This document shows, piece by piece, positions 11,191 to 23,130 of a stretch of 64,000 nucleotides of DNA (its first letter is position 1; every line of letters starts with the position of its first letter). Made by a program: the position numbers and the translations under genes. Origin of the DNA: Raja brachyura (lineage: Eukaryota); assembly GCA_963514005.1 (NCBI GenBank), contig OY740814.1, forward strand, positions 2,356,001-2,420,000, written 5' to 3'. The notes under the pieces are model-generated. The model ran no database searches and had not been told where the DNA came from. It saw only the letters and a program-made list of their open reading frames with translations.

Positions 11191-11741
11191 GCTAGTGTGA
11201 GGGTGATCGATGGTCAGTGTGGATTCGGTGGGCTGAAGGACCTATTTCCACACTGTACCTCTAAAACAAAAAACTCAAACTATTCCCGCTCTCAGCAGTG
11301 TGTGGGCTCCACCTGCTATTTGCCTCTTGCTGTTGAATGGAATGAGATTCATTGGTGGTAAAATCCATACTGATCAATGACTGTAACATTAAAATTGAAC
11401 TGGCAGTACCAAGAGTTTAGTTTCTCTACAGTAAATGCAAGATGACACTTTGGCAGTGATATTGGGAAAATATAAGATTTTGTCGGTCTATTTACTTATG
11501 TACGTCTGCTGAATAATTCCATGGATTAGTCTTCAGAAAAGTCAAAGCGCAAAACGTTCAATAATTCTTTTAATAAACAACCGCAGGCCATAAATGGTTT
11601 AGTTGTTAGTTGTCAAATGCTTCATGTATTGGTACAAAGCCTGCGTGTAGGATTCCCTGGGCTGCGTGATACACGAGTCTAATCTGCATTTACCGCATTG
11701 CATCCTACAGATACATCCACTTCCTTCCCCTGTGGTGTGTT

Positions 11742-12452
11742 TTAGTTTATAGATACAGCATGGAATCAGGCCCTTCGGCCCTCTGAGTCCGTGCCGACCA
11801 GCGATCCCCACACACTAACACTATCCTACACACACCAGTGACAATTGTTTACATCTGTACCAAGACGATTAACGTGTATGTGTTTGGAGTGTGGGAGGAA
11901 ACCAAAGATCTCGTGGAAAGGTCACGCGGAAAACGTACAAACTCTATTTGAGTGTAGGAGCAAGAAGGTCCTACTGCAGTTGTCCAGGGCCCTGGTGAGA
12001 CTGCAGCTGGGGTTTTGTGTGCAGTTTTGGTCTCCTAATTTGAGGAAGGACATTCGTGCTATTGAGGAAATGCAGCGTTGGTTCACCAGGTTAATTCCTG
12101 GGATTGCTGGACTGACATATGATGAAAAAATGGATTGACTGGACTTGTATTCACTGGAATTTGGAAGGATGAGAGGGGTTCTTATAGAAACATGTAACAA
12201 TCTTAAGAGATTGGACAGGCTAGATGCAGGAAAAATGTTCCTGATGTCGGGCGAGTCCTAAGAGTCAGATTTAGTTCTTAGGGCTAACAGAATTAAGGGA
12301 TATGGGGAGAAAGCAGGAACGGGGTACTAATTTTGGATGATCTAACATGACCATATTGAATGGTGGGCCGAATGGCCTACTCCTGCACCTATTTTGTATG
12401 TTAACAGACAAGCACCCGTAGTCAGGATCGAATCCGTGTCTCTGGCGCTATA
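11742..12452. mobile_element. HE1 SINE (minus) interrupted by CR1 fragment (plus, 11945-12400)
   Basis: SINE halves flank 'LVRLQLGFCVQFWSPNLRKDI..IE.MQR.FTRLIPG'. Confidence 0.85.
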
Positions 12453-13009
12453 AGTCTGAAACAAAGGGATACTGCGCACACGTAAATGAATATTTTTTTG
12501 ATTCCCCAACTCTGGGTAAGAGACTTTGTGCATTTACTCAATCTATTCCTCCCATGACCTTGTACACCTCACATTCTCCCTGTCCCAGTGGTATAAAGAT
12601 GGTGAACGAAAATAGAGCTGAGGTAGAAATCCAGCCATGATCCTCTCGAAGACTGTGTGGCCTACTCCAGCTCCACTTCCCAATGCGCTGTTTATTTAGC
12701 TTCAGTGTAATGTATCCAAGGCTCAGAAGGTATTAACTTTAGATTAAAAAATCTCGAGGTGTCGAATGTGTGGAATGAATGACGTTCATGTCAATTCTCT
12801 GTAACAGTGTTATCTTTAGAACATTGTGGATGATATGTTGAAGAAAGGAAGGAATATGTGTATCAAGTCCTGTCAGAGTACCCCTTTTCTCACAAAGCAG
12901 AACCAAAGAAAACAAGAGAGAGAATATTGAATGATCCGTATAAAATGTTAGTTTCCCAAATAGACACTGCACTGGTGAAGTCATTTAGCTTTCCATCCTT
13001 AGCTTACTT

Positions 13010-13690
13010 TAGAAATACAGTGTGGAAACAGGCCCTTCGGCCCAGCGAGTCTGTGCCGACCATTGATCACCCGGACACTAGTTCTATGGCCTACACACCA
13101 GGGACAATTTACTTACAAACTTAACGTACAAACCTGCACGTCATTGGAATGTGTGATGAAACCGGAGGACCTGGAGAGAACCCACGTGGTCACGGGGAGA
13201 ACGTACAAATGTTGGGAGAGCCAGAACCATGTGTCACAGTTCAAGAATAAGACGTAGGCCATTTGGGACTGAGATGAGGAAAAACCTTTTCACCCAGAGA
13301 GTTGTGAATCTGGAATTCTCTGCCACAGAAGGCAGTGGAGGCCAATTCACTGGATGTTTTCAAGAGAGAGTTCGATATAGCTCTGAGGGCAAACGGAATC
13401 AAGGGTTAAGGGAAGAAAGCAGGAACGGAGTACTGATTTTGGATGATCAGCCATGATCATATCGAATGGTGGTGTAGGCTGGAAGGGCTGAATGGCCTAC
13501 TCCTGCACCTATTTTCTATGTTTCTATGAAACTGGACATCTTGCAGGACATCTTTCATGCATCATGACAACCCTTGCAGGTCACGGAGAGAGCGTACAAA
13601 CTCCGTACAGACAGTACCCGTAGCCAAGAATGGAACCTGGGTCTCTGGCGCTGTGAGGCAGCAACTCTATCACTGTGCTAATGTGCCCTC
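13010..13690. mobile_element. HE1 SINE (minus) interrupted by CR1 3' end (plus, 13210-13530)
   Basis: The SINE resumes at ~13575 after the TTTCTATG tail. Confidence 0.8.
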
Positions 13691-14084
13691 CACAATTTCC
13701 ATGGAACCCAGCCTCTTCCCCCAGGCAACGTGCTGCAGTTAATGAAACGCCGTGGTTGGGTTATGGATCTGGACCCGTACCAGTTTGGGAGAACAGACAG
13801 CTATCTGACATGCGAGATAATAGCATTTTAGCTTCACATCAGCAAGATGTATTGGGTGGGTAATTAAAGTAGTTTGATTGTGTATCAGTCTAACCCACCC
13901 ATGGTGTCTTTGTAGAGCGCTACAATTAGTCAGGTCTCCACATGTCAAGGGTTGGTGCACATGCAAGGTTGTTGGCTTCTCCCTCCAATAAGCTGCATGA
14001 CAAATCACTTGAATCAAAAGATGATGAAAGAGCATTGATGTGTCATCAACTTAATGGGCAAGATGTTTTCAAAGAAAAGATGAA

Positions 14085-14450
14085 GTCAATTAACCAACAA
14101 ACCTGTACGCCTTTGGGATGTGGGAGTCATTCGGAAGCACTCAGGCAAAACTTACGTGGTCACAGGGAGAACTTGCAAACTCTGTACAGACAGCACCCGT
14201 AGTCAGGAACGAATTCAGGTCTTTTTTAAAATGTTTATTTTGGGAGATACAGAGCGGAAACAGGCTCTGTGGCGCACCACGTCCACGGCAACCAGCGATC
14301 CCCGCACATTAACACTATCCCACACACATTTACCAAGCCAATTAACCTACAAACTTGCACATATTTGGAGTGTGGGAGGAAGTCGAAGATCACAGGAAAA
14401 ACCCATGCAGGTCACGGGAGAACGTACAAACTCTGTACAGACAGCACCCG
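14085..14450 (-). mobile_element. Two partial HE1 SINEs
   Basis: V-domain similarity. Confidence 0.75.
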
Positions 14451-14640
14451 TATCTGTATAGCTATCTCCCTGGGACGATCCATAAACGCAGTAACTGAGG
14501 CACAGTGGCACAGCTGGGGTTGCCTCTCAGCTTCAAATTAAATCTTTCCCCTGTGTTGCTGAAGCAACTGTTGGATGAGAAGACAAGCAGAAGTTTAATA
14601 AAAAAGGAAGTGCAGATGCAGGTTTATGCCAAAAATAGCC

Positions 14641-15007
14641 TGGTCTGAAGAAAGGTCCTGACTCAAAACGTCATCTATCCATGTTCTCCACAGATGCTGC
14701 CTGACCCGCTGAGTTACTCCAGCACTCTGTGAAGAATATGGATAGGTGACGTTTCACAGAGTGCTGGAGTAACTCAGTGGGTCAGGCAGCATCTGTGGAG
14801 AACATGGATAGGTGACGTTTCACAGAGTGCTGGAGTAACTCAGTGGGTCAGGCAGCATCTGTGGGGAACATGGATAGGTGACGTTTCACAGAGTGCTGGA
14901 GTAACTCAGCGGGTCAGGCAGCATCTGTGGGGAACATGGATAGGTGACGTTTCACAGAGATGCTGCCTGATTCTCTGAGTTACTCCAGCACTTTGTGTCT
15001 ATCTTTG
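14641..15007. repeat. PLE pseudo-LTR with internal inverted tandem array of a 66-bp unit (~3.3 copies)
   Basis: GTTTCACAGA recurs at 14751, 14817, 14883 and 14949. Confidence 0.9.
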
Positions 15008-15277
15008 ACATAGAAGTTTCCTTTATTTCTTCAAATTGCTCATTATTATATTTCACTTGAATCAACATTCCAGAATATGTGATTATGTTGGCACGCGTGC
15101 AGTTGCACAGTTCTGTGTGAAATACTCATTGTTGTGGTAAACTGGCATTTTAAACATTTGAAACCGTGCTAAGTCGGTCCAGATAACATCAACAGAAGAA
15201 CTCCTGTTTACTCTTTGGCCTCCAGTAGATGGATAACATCTTGTGCGCCTGTGGTGCGGGTTGTTTGCAGATGCTGA

Positions 15278-15527
15278 ATGTGTCGGAAGGAACTGCAGGT
15301 GCTGGTTTAGACCAAAGATAGACACAAAAAGCTGGAGTAATTCAGCGGGCCAGGCAGCATCTGTGGGGAGAAGGAATGGGTGACATTTCGACTAGTCTGA
15401 AGAAGGGTCTCTACCCGAAATGTCAACCTTTCCTTCTATCCAGAGATGCTGCCTGCCCCGCTGAGTTGCGCCAACTTTTAGTGCCTGTCTTCAGTTTAAA
15501 CCTGCATCTGCAGTTCCTTCCTACACA
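15278..15527. mobile_element. PLE pseudo-LTR inverted pair
   Basis: Near-palindrome centred at ~15393, bounded by tgtgt(c/a)ggaagg / ccttcctacaca. Confidence 0.8.
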
Positions 15528-16102
15528 TTTTGCTTGCAGATGCTGACTGCCACAGTGGGGACCACTTAACCTTATCGCAGAGAAGTATTACATGGAGGCA
15601 TTGTTCTTCAATGCTGGTCTCCTTGCATTTGAAGTTCCGGGCTGTTGATTACTTGGATGACTTGCAGAGTGACTGATGCCTGACGGGAACTCATGATCTG
15701 ATGGCCCTGTATGGGGGTGAACGCTACGCCTGCAATCAGGGTGGAAGCAACAGAGATTTCTGAGCCAGCACACAACTAAAGACTTGGATTTAAGAGAGAG
15801 AGAAAGATTAGCATCTGTTAAAAAAAAGTTTGTAATGGACAATGAGAATAAATCTTCATTGTATTGGAAGGAACTGCAGATGCTGGTTTACACTGAAGAT
15901 AGACACAAAATGCTGCAGTAACTCAGCGGGACAGGCAGCATCTCTGGAGAGAAGGAATAGGTGATGTTTCGGTTCGACACCCTTCTGCAGACTTTGAAGG
16001 CTCTCGACCTGAAATTCACCCATTCCTTCTCTCCAAAGAATGCATGAAGTTGGAGAAGTCAATATTCATACCGCTGGGTTGTAAGCTGCCCAAGTGAAAT
16101 AT

Positions 16103-16235
16103 CTTCTTTCATGTGGCGTGCACAGCCTTAAGTTGTAGGACAACATGTTCTATTTGTCCTTCCGTTTCTGCACGTCGAGTTGATTGCATTAATCGAAACA
16201 GGGCGGACCACGTGAAGGTTGCAATCTTCCACCCC
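16103..16235 (-). mobile_element. Short retroposon with 5' HDV-like ribozyme, copy 2
   Basis: 11-bp TSD AAGTG(A/T)AATAT at 16092-16102 and 16236-16246; AAAGAAG tail; homologous to 61-183. Confidence 0.88.
16182..16235 (-). ncRNA. Minimal HDV-like ribozyme fold, catalytic C replaced by U
   Basis: GGGGUGG-AA-GAUUGCA-ACC-UUCACGU-GGU-CCGCCCU-G-UUUCGA-UUAA-UGCAAUC. P1 7 bp with G1.U wobble, P2 7 bp, P3 3 bp. Confidence 0.8.
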
Positions 16236-16589
16236 AAGTGTAATATGAGGCACCATTCCTCCAGTTCCAGGCCCTTCGGCCCACTGAGACCATTCTTACC
16301 ATCAATCACCCGTTCACACTAGTTCTATGTTATCCCGCATTGGAATAATGTAGAACTAGTGAAGGGGTGATTGCTGGTCGGAACAGACTCAGTGGGCCGA
16401 AGGGCCTGTTTCCATGCTGTATTTCTAAATTAAGCTCTGGCTGTTCTGGTGGGTCAGGCTTCCATATCAAGGTTAAGAGACGGGATTTGTGCATTTGACT
16501 CCTGGGAGCAGTTATTGATGTTGGCAATCGGCCAACAATCATGCCACCACTTGAATCCCGGCTCTGTGCCCAAAGAGCTTTGACTGAGT

Positions 16590-17023
16590 TTTAGTGTCTG
16601 GAGATACAGCATGGAAACAGGCCCTTTGGCCTACCTGATCCATGCTAATCATCGATCACCCGTACACTAGTTCTACCCTACACACTTGGGACAATTTACA
16701 GAAACCAATTAACCTACTAACCCACACGTTTGGTTTAGAGATACAGTGTGGAAACAGGCCCTTCGGCCCATCGAGTCTGCTCCGACCAGCGATCCCCGCA
16801 CACTAACACTATCCTACACACACTAGGGATAATTTACAATAGTCAATTAACCGACAAACCTGTACGTCTTTGGAGTGTGGGAGGAAACTGGAGCTCTTGG
16901 AGAAAACCCACGCACGTCATGGGCTGAGCGTACAAACTCCGTACAGACAGCACCCGTAGTCAGGATTGAACCTGGGTCTCTGGCGTTGTGAGGCAGCAAC
17001 TCTACCGCTGCACCACCGTGCGG
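16590..17023 (-). mobile_element. HE1 SINE full length (16732-17023) plus partial copy
   Basis: Head, V-domain and tail all present. Confidence 0.9.
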
Positions 17024-17345
17024 GCCAGGGCTTAAGTGTTGAGGATTTGAGTTCCATCCTTGGTACAAGTTCATGACCTTGAACTATTGGGAGTGTCTCA
17101 GTGACTGGCAACTGGCCAAAGTGCAAGGCAGCAGGGACACAAGGAAGCCTGCTGCCTTGGGAAAGCGTGGTATTTGCTGCACTATTCTTCCAACCTCGTC
17201 TGGCTGACATCAACCACAGTTATTTGGCATCTTTTTGTCAGTCGAGGTGAAGCAGAGGTCCAGGCACAGATGTAGTCCTCATAGGGAATGTATGTGAGTG
17301 CACAAGTTGGGTTTCTACAATCGCCTCCTGATTCCCGCTTTGTAG

Positions 17346-17625
17346 ACGGCGGCACGGTGGCGCAGCGGTAGAGTTGCTGCCTCACAGCGCCAGAGACCCG
17401 GGCTTGATCCCGACTACGGAGTTTGTACGTTCTCCCCGTGACCTGCGTGGGTTTTCTCCGGGTGCTCTGGTTTCCTCCCACACTCCAAAGACGTACAGGT
17501 TTGTAGGTTAATTGGCTACAATAATATATTGTAAATTGTCCCTAGTGTGTGTAGAATAGTGTTAGTGCTGGGGATCGCTGGTCGGCGCGGACTCGGTGGG
17601 CCGAAGGGGCTGTTTCAGAGTGTAT
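17346..17625 (+). mobile_element. HE1-type V-SINE, near full length
   Basis: GGCACGGTGGCGCAGCGGTAGAG (A box)...GGCTTGATCCC (B-box-like), V-domain 'GGAGTTTGTACGTTCTCCCCGTG...TTTCCTCCCACACTCCAAA', CR1-shared 3' 'GGGCCGAAGGG'. Confidence 0.92.
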
Positions 17626-18114
17626 CTCACCTCCTGATCGGGGACTGATCCTTCTCGGCTGTAATCGGGCAACTGAACCGTCCTCTCACCAGCTGGAGTG
17701 CGGTCTTGTCCTCCCATTTCCCTCTGAACTATCTTTAAATAGACTTTATTGGACTCTTTATATAGACTCGACCTTACACTAAATTATATTCCCCTTTCCT
17801 GTATCTGTATACTGTGGACGGCGTGATTGGAATCGTGTCTAGTTATTTTGTGACTGGGCAGCACACAACAGCAAATCACTGCAGGATACGATACGATAGA
17901 ATATTTATCCCAGGAGGGAAATTGATCTGCCAACAGTCATAAAAACACAAAATATATGAAAATTAAAGTGCACCTTGGTACTCGTGACAAGAATACACTA
18001 GATTGAACAGAGGCACAGCCAGGTCAGTATTTTATTCAGTAATTGTGAAATCTCATGCTGTTAGCATGAGATAAATGTTCCTTTTAATAATTTGAGCCAG
18101 GTTCCTTTGTGTCC

Positions 18115-18250
18115 CCATCAGTCTGAAGAAGGGTTTCGGCCTGAAACGTTGCCTATCTCCTTCGCTCCATAGATGCTGCTGCACCCGCTGAATTTCTCCA
18201 GCACTTTGTGTACCCTCGATTTTCCAGCATCTGCAGTTCCTTCTTTAACT
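18115..18250 (+). mobile_element. PLE pseudo-LTR 3' end with hammerhead core variant
   Basis: CUGAAGA-A-GGGU(UUCG)GCCU-GAAACGUU. Stem II is retained through G.U pairs. Confidence 0.7.
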
Positions 18251-19899
18251 CCTTTGTGTAAATCCCAAGTTGTCCTCTTGCTTTGGAGTGTAAACAGGTG
18301 CAGCTAGAACCCCTGCCTTAACCCGGCTGACAAGACTGCAGAGACATCGACCTCAGCCTTGGCCCATTCGCTTGAAGTTCTGACCATGAAGGTTCTGGGT
18401 CTGTGTCTCTCCTTGTTTTAACTTTGTGCATGAATCACAAAAACAGCAGCTTGGCCTGTGAGGAGCCAGGAGAACAAGTGGAACATTGGCCTTTGTTGCA
18501 AAAGGCGTTGCAGTGTACAGGTAGCCAGGGTCTGTTACAATTGAACAGGCCGTTAGTGAACCTGCTTCTGTAGTGTAGAAAAATCATCTCTGGAGAACGT
18601 GGACAGGTCAAGTTTCAGGTCGAGTCCCTTCAGTCTGAAGAAGAGTCTGGACCCAAAACGTCATCTATCCATGTACCCAGACATGGTGCCTGTCCCGCTG
18701 AGTTACTCCAGCACTTTGTGTCCTTTTGTGTATTAACCAGCGTCTGCAGTTTAGTTTAGAGATTCAGCGAAAAAACAGCCTGTTTGGCCCAATGAGTCTG
18801 CGCCAAACAGCGATCCCCGCACACTCGCACTATCCTACTCGCACTAGGGACAATTTACAATTTTTACCAAAGCCAATTAACCTATAAATCTGTACCTCTT
18901 TGGAGTGTGGGAGGAAGCCAGAGCACCCGGCGAAAACAGGACTTTATAATCAAAATAATTAGCAGTGTTTGATCTGACAGGCGTGTGAAAGGTTAGACAT
19001 CTAAAGTATGTAAACAGCTACATGCATCACTGATGTTCTGGAAGAGGGTGTTTGGATAGTTTCTAAGTGGCAGCACATGTGTTGGAAGCAATCACCGTAA
19101 AAGCTCGACTACGTTAAATTGCATTTACACAATGCCAGAGTCACAATTAACTCAAAACACCAACACTTAAGTGCAGGAACTTTAGGCTGCAGTTCCCCAA
19201 AATTACACCCATCTAAACCTTTGTGTACAGAAAATAGCCAGCTCTGGTGGCCTGTGTTAATGGGGAGATACAGAAATATAGTTATTATAAAAGTTATGGT
19301 CAAGTTATAGATTATTATTTAAGTTTTTGGAATGGATATTCTAAGGAAAATATAAATTCCAAAGTAACTCAGCGGGACAGGCAACATTTCTAGAGAGAAG
19401 GAATGTGTGATGTTTTGGGTCGAGACCCTTCTTCAGACCTTCTCTCCAGAGATGCAGCCTGTCCCGCTGAGTTACTTAACCTATTTGTGTCTATCTTTGG
19501 TTTAAACCAGCATCTGCAATTCCTTCTTACACACATTAATACCGGAGATCCCTGGACTCTGCTCTTTGTCCAGTGATATCCTTCATTAAACCTCCTTGGT
19601 TAATCTGTGCTTCCCCGAAGAATTGGGACCACGTCGTAGTTTGGCTTGAACTCTGAACATGCTCTCTCTACCACCCCCCTCCCACCCCCCCCCCCCCCCC
19701 CCCAAAAGCACCTTTCAAATATATAAAACAACATATTTAATCAAGGAAACACAGAGTGAGAGTTGACGGGTCAGTCCATCATTTACTTAGTGCACAGTGG
19801 TGCAGCGGTAAAGTTGCTGCCTCACAGCGCCAGAGACCCAGATTCGATCCAGACCATGGGTGCTGTCGGTGCGGAGTTTGCATCTTCTCCCCGTGACCT

Positions 19900-20210
19900 G
19901 GAATCTATCTATCTCTGCCTTTAAAATATATCCACTGACTTGGCCTCCACAGCCTTCTGTGGCAAATAATTCTGCTGATTCACCATCCTCTGACCAAAGA
20001 AATATATCCTCATCTCCTTCCTGAAAGAACGTCCTTTAATTCTGAGGCTGTGACCTCTAGTCCTAGACTCTCCCACTGGTGGAAACATCCTCTCCACATC
20101 CAAGCCTTTCACTATTCTGTAAGTTTCAATGAGGTCTCCTCTCATTCTTCCAAACTCCAACGAGTACAGGCCCATTGCCGACAAACGCTCATCATAGGTT
20201 AACCTACTCA
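19900..20210 (-). mobile_element. CR1/HER1 ORF2 C-terminal fragment
   Basis: 'LTYDERLSAMGLYSLEFGRMRGDLIETYRIVKGLD...RTRGHSLRI'. Confidence 0.9.
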
Positions 20211-20604
20211 CTCCAAGCTGTATCTCTGCAGTCTAAAGGCTGTTAGTTGCCGCAGCGTTGTGGAATCTCAGCGTTGTGTTCTGTGGTTGGGGGTTACCAT
20301 TAGGAGTGCCTGTGGCTGGAACTCCACCCTGCAGTACAGAACATTGTGCATTCAGTTAATCTAAGTAGCAAAATCAACCAGGCGGCATACTTTGGATCTG
20401 TTTATGTAAATATAATACGCTAGGATTAAACACGAATTAGCCCGTGGACGTGCGGCTTTTTTCTTGAATCCATTAACGCGCTTCACTGCCTCTCAATTGT
20501 TGGACTGTTAGCTCACATCCTGAACTAGACACAAAAACATTTGTGGGGCATGGGGTGAGAATCACAATACACTGTGAAGAAAGATCCCATTGAGTGACAG
20601 AGCA

Positions 20605-20900
20605 TAAGTTCATAAATACATATATTGTAGGAGCAGAATTAGGCCATTTGGCCCATCGCGTCTATTCCGCCATTCAATCATGCCTGATCTATCTCCCCCT
20701 CAACCCGCATTCTCCTGCCTTCTCCCCATAACCCCTGACATCCGTACTAATCAATAATCTATCTATCTCTGCCTTAAAAATATCCACCGACTTGGCCTCC
20801 ACAGCCTTCTGTGGCAATTAATTCCACAGATTCACCACCCTCTGGCTAAAGAAATTCCTCCTCATCTCCTTTCTAAAGGCACGTTCTTTTATCTTGAGGA
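20605..20900 (-). mobile_element. CR1/HER1 3' end
   Basis: Same terminus as 990-1305. Confidence 0.85.
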
Positions 20901-20988
20901 GCAGGTTGAATAGCTGACATCTACAATTCTCTGTAATAGGAGGCAGTCTCCAATCATCTCCCTCCCTCAAAATACTGAAATAAAACTA

Positions 20989-21430
20989 GGTGGCGCAGTG
21001 GTAGAGTTGTTGCCGCACTGCCGGAGACCCGGGTTGGATCCTGATTACGAGTGCTGTATGCTCTCTCTGTGACCGCGTGGGTTTTCTCCGGGTGCTCCGG
21101 TTTCCTTCAACATTCCAAATTCGTGCAGGTTTGTAGGTTAATTGACTTCTGTAAATTGTCTCTAGTGGGTAGGATAGTGTGGAAACAGGCCCTTCGGCCG
21201 ACCGAGTCCACGACGAGCATCGATCACCCACCCGTACACTTATTCTACCTCACACACTATGGACGATTTACGGAAGCCAATTAACCTACATCCCTGCTCG
21301 TCTTTGGATTGTGGAAGGAAGCACCCGGAGGAAACCCACGCGGTCACAGGGAGAACGTGCACAATCCGTGCAAACAGCACCTGAGGTCAGGATTGAACCT
21401 GGGACTCTGGCGCTGCAAGATAGCAACTCT
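20989..21430. mobile_element. Two HE1 SINEs tail-to-tail
   Basis: Plus 20989-21175, minus 21175-21430. Confidence 0.8.
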
Positions 21431-21636
21431 GTGTCACCCTTAAAGTTGTTAAAGGGGGTGACGTGAATGCCCGTTGTTGTTGTAATTTTGCCAAAGTGAA
21501 CCAAACACAAATGTGCCAGAAAATATTCTGCGCTTGGATCAATCAGGCCTGAATACGGTGGATATGGAGAGGATGTTTCCACTAATGGAGAATCTAGGAC
21601 CAGAGGGCACAGACTCAGAATTAAAGCCTTTAGTGA

Positions 21637-21952
21637 ATCATAGAGTGATGCAGTGTGGATACTGGCCCTTCAGCCCTACTCACCCACACCGGCCAACATG
21701 TCCCAGCTTCACTAGTCCCACCTGCCCGCGTTTGGTCCATATCCCTCCAAACCTGTCCTATCCATGTACCTGACTAACTGTTTCTTCGATGTTGGGATCA
21801 TCCCAGCCTTAACTTCCTTCTCTGGCAGCTTGTTCCATACACCCACCACCCTTATGTGAAAAAGTTACCCCTCAGATCCCTATTAAATCTTTACCCCATC
21901 GCCTTAAACCTATGTTCTCTGGTCCTTGATTCACCTACTCTGGGTAAGAGAC
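21637..21952 (-). mobile_element. CR1/HER1 3' end (GACTCTAT-tailed subfamily)
   Basis: Homologous to 396-810, 39803-40360 and 45232-45527. Confidence 0.8.
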
Positions 21953-22840
21953 TGGTTTCCTCCCACACTCCAAAGACGTACAGGTTTGTAGATTACTGGC
22001 TTTGTATAAGTGTAAATTGTCCCTAGTGCGTGTTGGATAGTGTTAATGTACGGGGATCGCTGGCCGGTGCGGACTAGGTGGGCCGAAGGGCCTGTTTCTG
22101 AGCTGCATCTCTAACCCAAATTAAAAATTAAAATTAGAGAGGGAATTTATTGGTGTGAAATCAAATGCATTTTACCAGAAATCCTCCTCACTGTAACTTT
22201 TTGTTTCACATTTTAAATAATCTATGTTGTGTGTGTGTGTGTCAACAAAGATGGATGATTCCTTTCTAGTCCTGAGACGTAAGATTTGCAGATTGCAGGG
22301 CAAGCAACAGAAGTTATTAGCATCTGTTTATAATTGGAGACCAGACCTAGATACTCAGCCATGCAGTTCATTTGGTGGTGTAGGAAGGAACTGCAGATGC
22401 TGGTTTACATCGAAGATGGACACAAAATGCTGGAGTAACTCAGTGGGACAGGCAGCATTTCTGGAGAGAAGGAATGGGTGACCGATTCTTCAGTGTGAAG
22501 AAGGGTGTCAACCCAAAACGTCAACCATTGCTTCTGTGTTCTGAACAGTGTAGGAGCTTGGCAAGTCCTTGTTGAAGGTGTGGAATAGATAGATGTACCA
22601 GGATAGTACCAGGGATGTGAATCACTTGTTCTGTGGAGAGGGCAGAGAAAGTGCCATTGTTTCCGTTCCTGCCACAGGTGACACAGGTAATCCTGGTGTT
22701 CACTGTTATACTGAGATTCCGGGGATGAACAGAAGGGAGTTGGTTCCTGAAGCTGAGCACGGCGATCGAGTTTATTGCCGGATGCACAATGCGGCGAGGT
22801 ACAGGAACAATGTGAATCATAGCAGCATCACAGACACATA

Positions 22841-23130
22841 GGCGGCACGGTGGCACAGCGGTAGAGTTTCTGCCTCGCAGCGCTTACAGCACCAGGAACC
22901 CAGGTTCCACCCCGACTACGGGTGCTGTCTGTACGGGTTTTCTGCGAGATCTTTGGCTTCCTCCCACACTCCAAACACGTACAGGTTTGTAAGCTAATTG
23001 GCTTGGCATCAATGTAAAATTGTCCCTAGTGTGTGTAGGCTAATGTTAATGTGCGGGGATCGCTGGTCGGTGCGGACTCGGTGGGCCGAAGGGCCTGTTT
23101 CCGCGCTATGTCTCCAAACTAAAACTAAAA
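22841..23130 (+). mobile_element. HE1 SINE full length
   Basis: Head to AAACT tail. ACATAG on both sides is a possible TSD. Confidence 0.9.

Larger units (their letters stand above)
16045..16268 (-). mobile_element. Penelope-like GIY-YIG endonuclease C-terminal remnant, split by insertion
   Basis: Removing 16103-16235 and one TSD restores 'ELEEWCLILHLGSLQPSGMNIDFSNF', resembling the PLE E...I..L.TL.P.GLN motif. Confidence 0.8.

Noticed and set aside
14735-14960. CRISPR-like regular repeats
   Set aside because: Contiguous 66-bp tandem units with no unique spacers, in a eukaryotic context with no cas genes.
17346-17420. tRNA gene-like A/B boxes
   Set aside because: These are heads of HE1 SINEs, continuing into the V-domain; there is no complete cloverleaf.
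22540-22841. Overlapping ORFs on both strands in non-repeat DNA
   Set aside because: No recognisable protein motif or convincing splice sites; the lengths are expected by chance.
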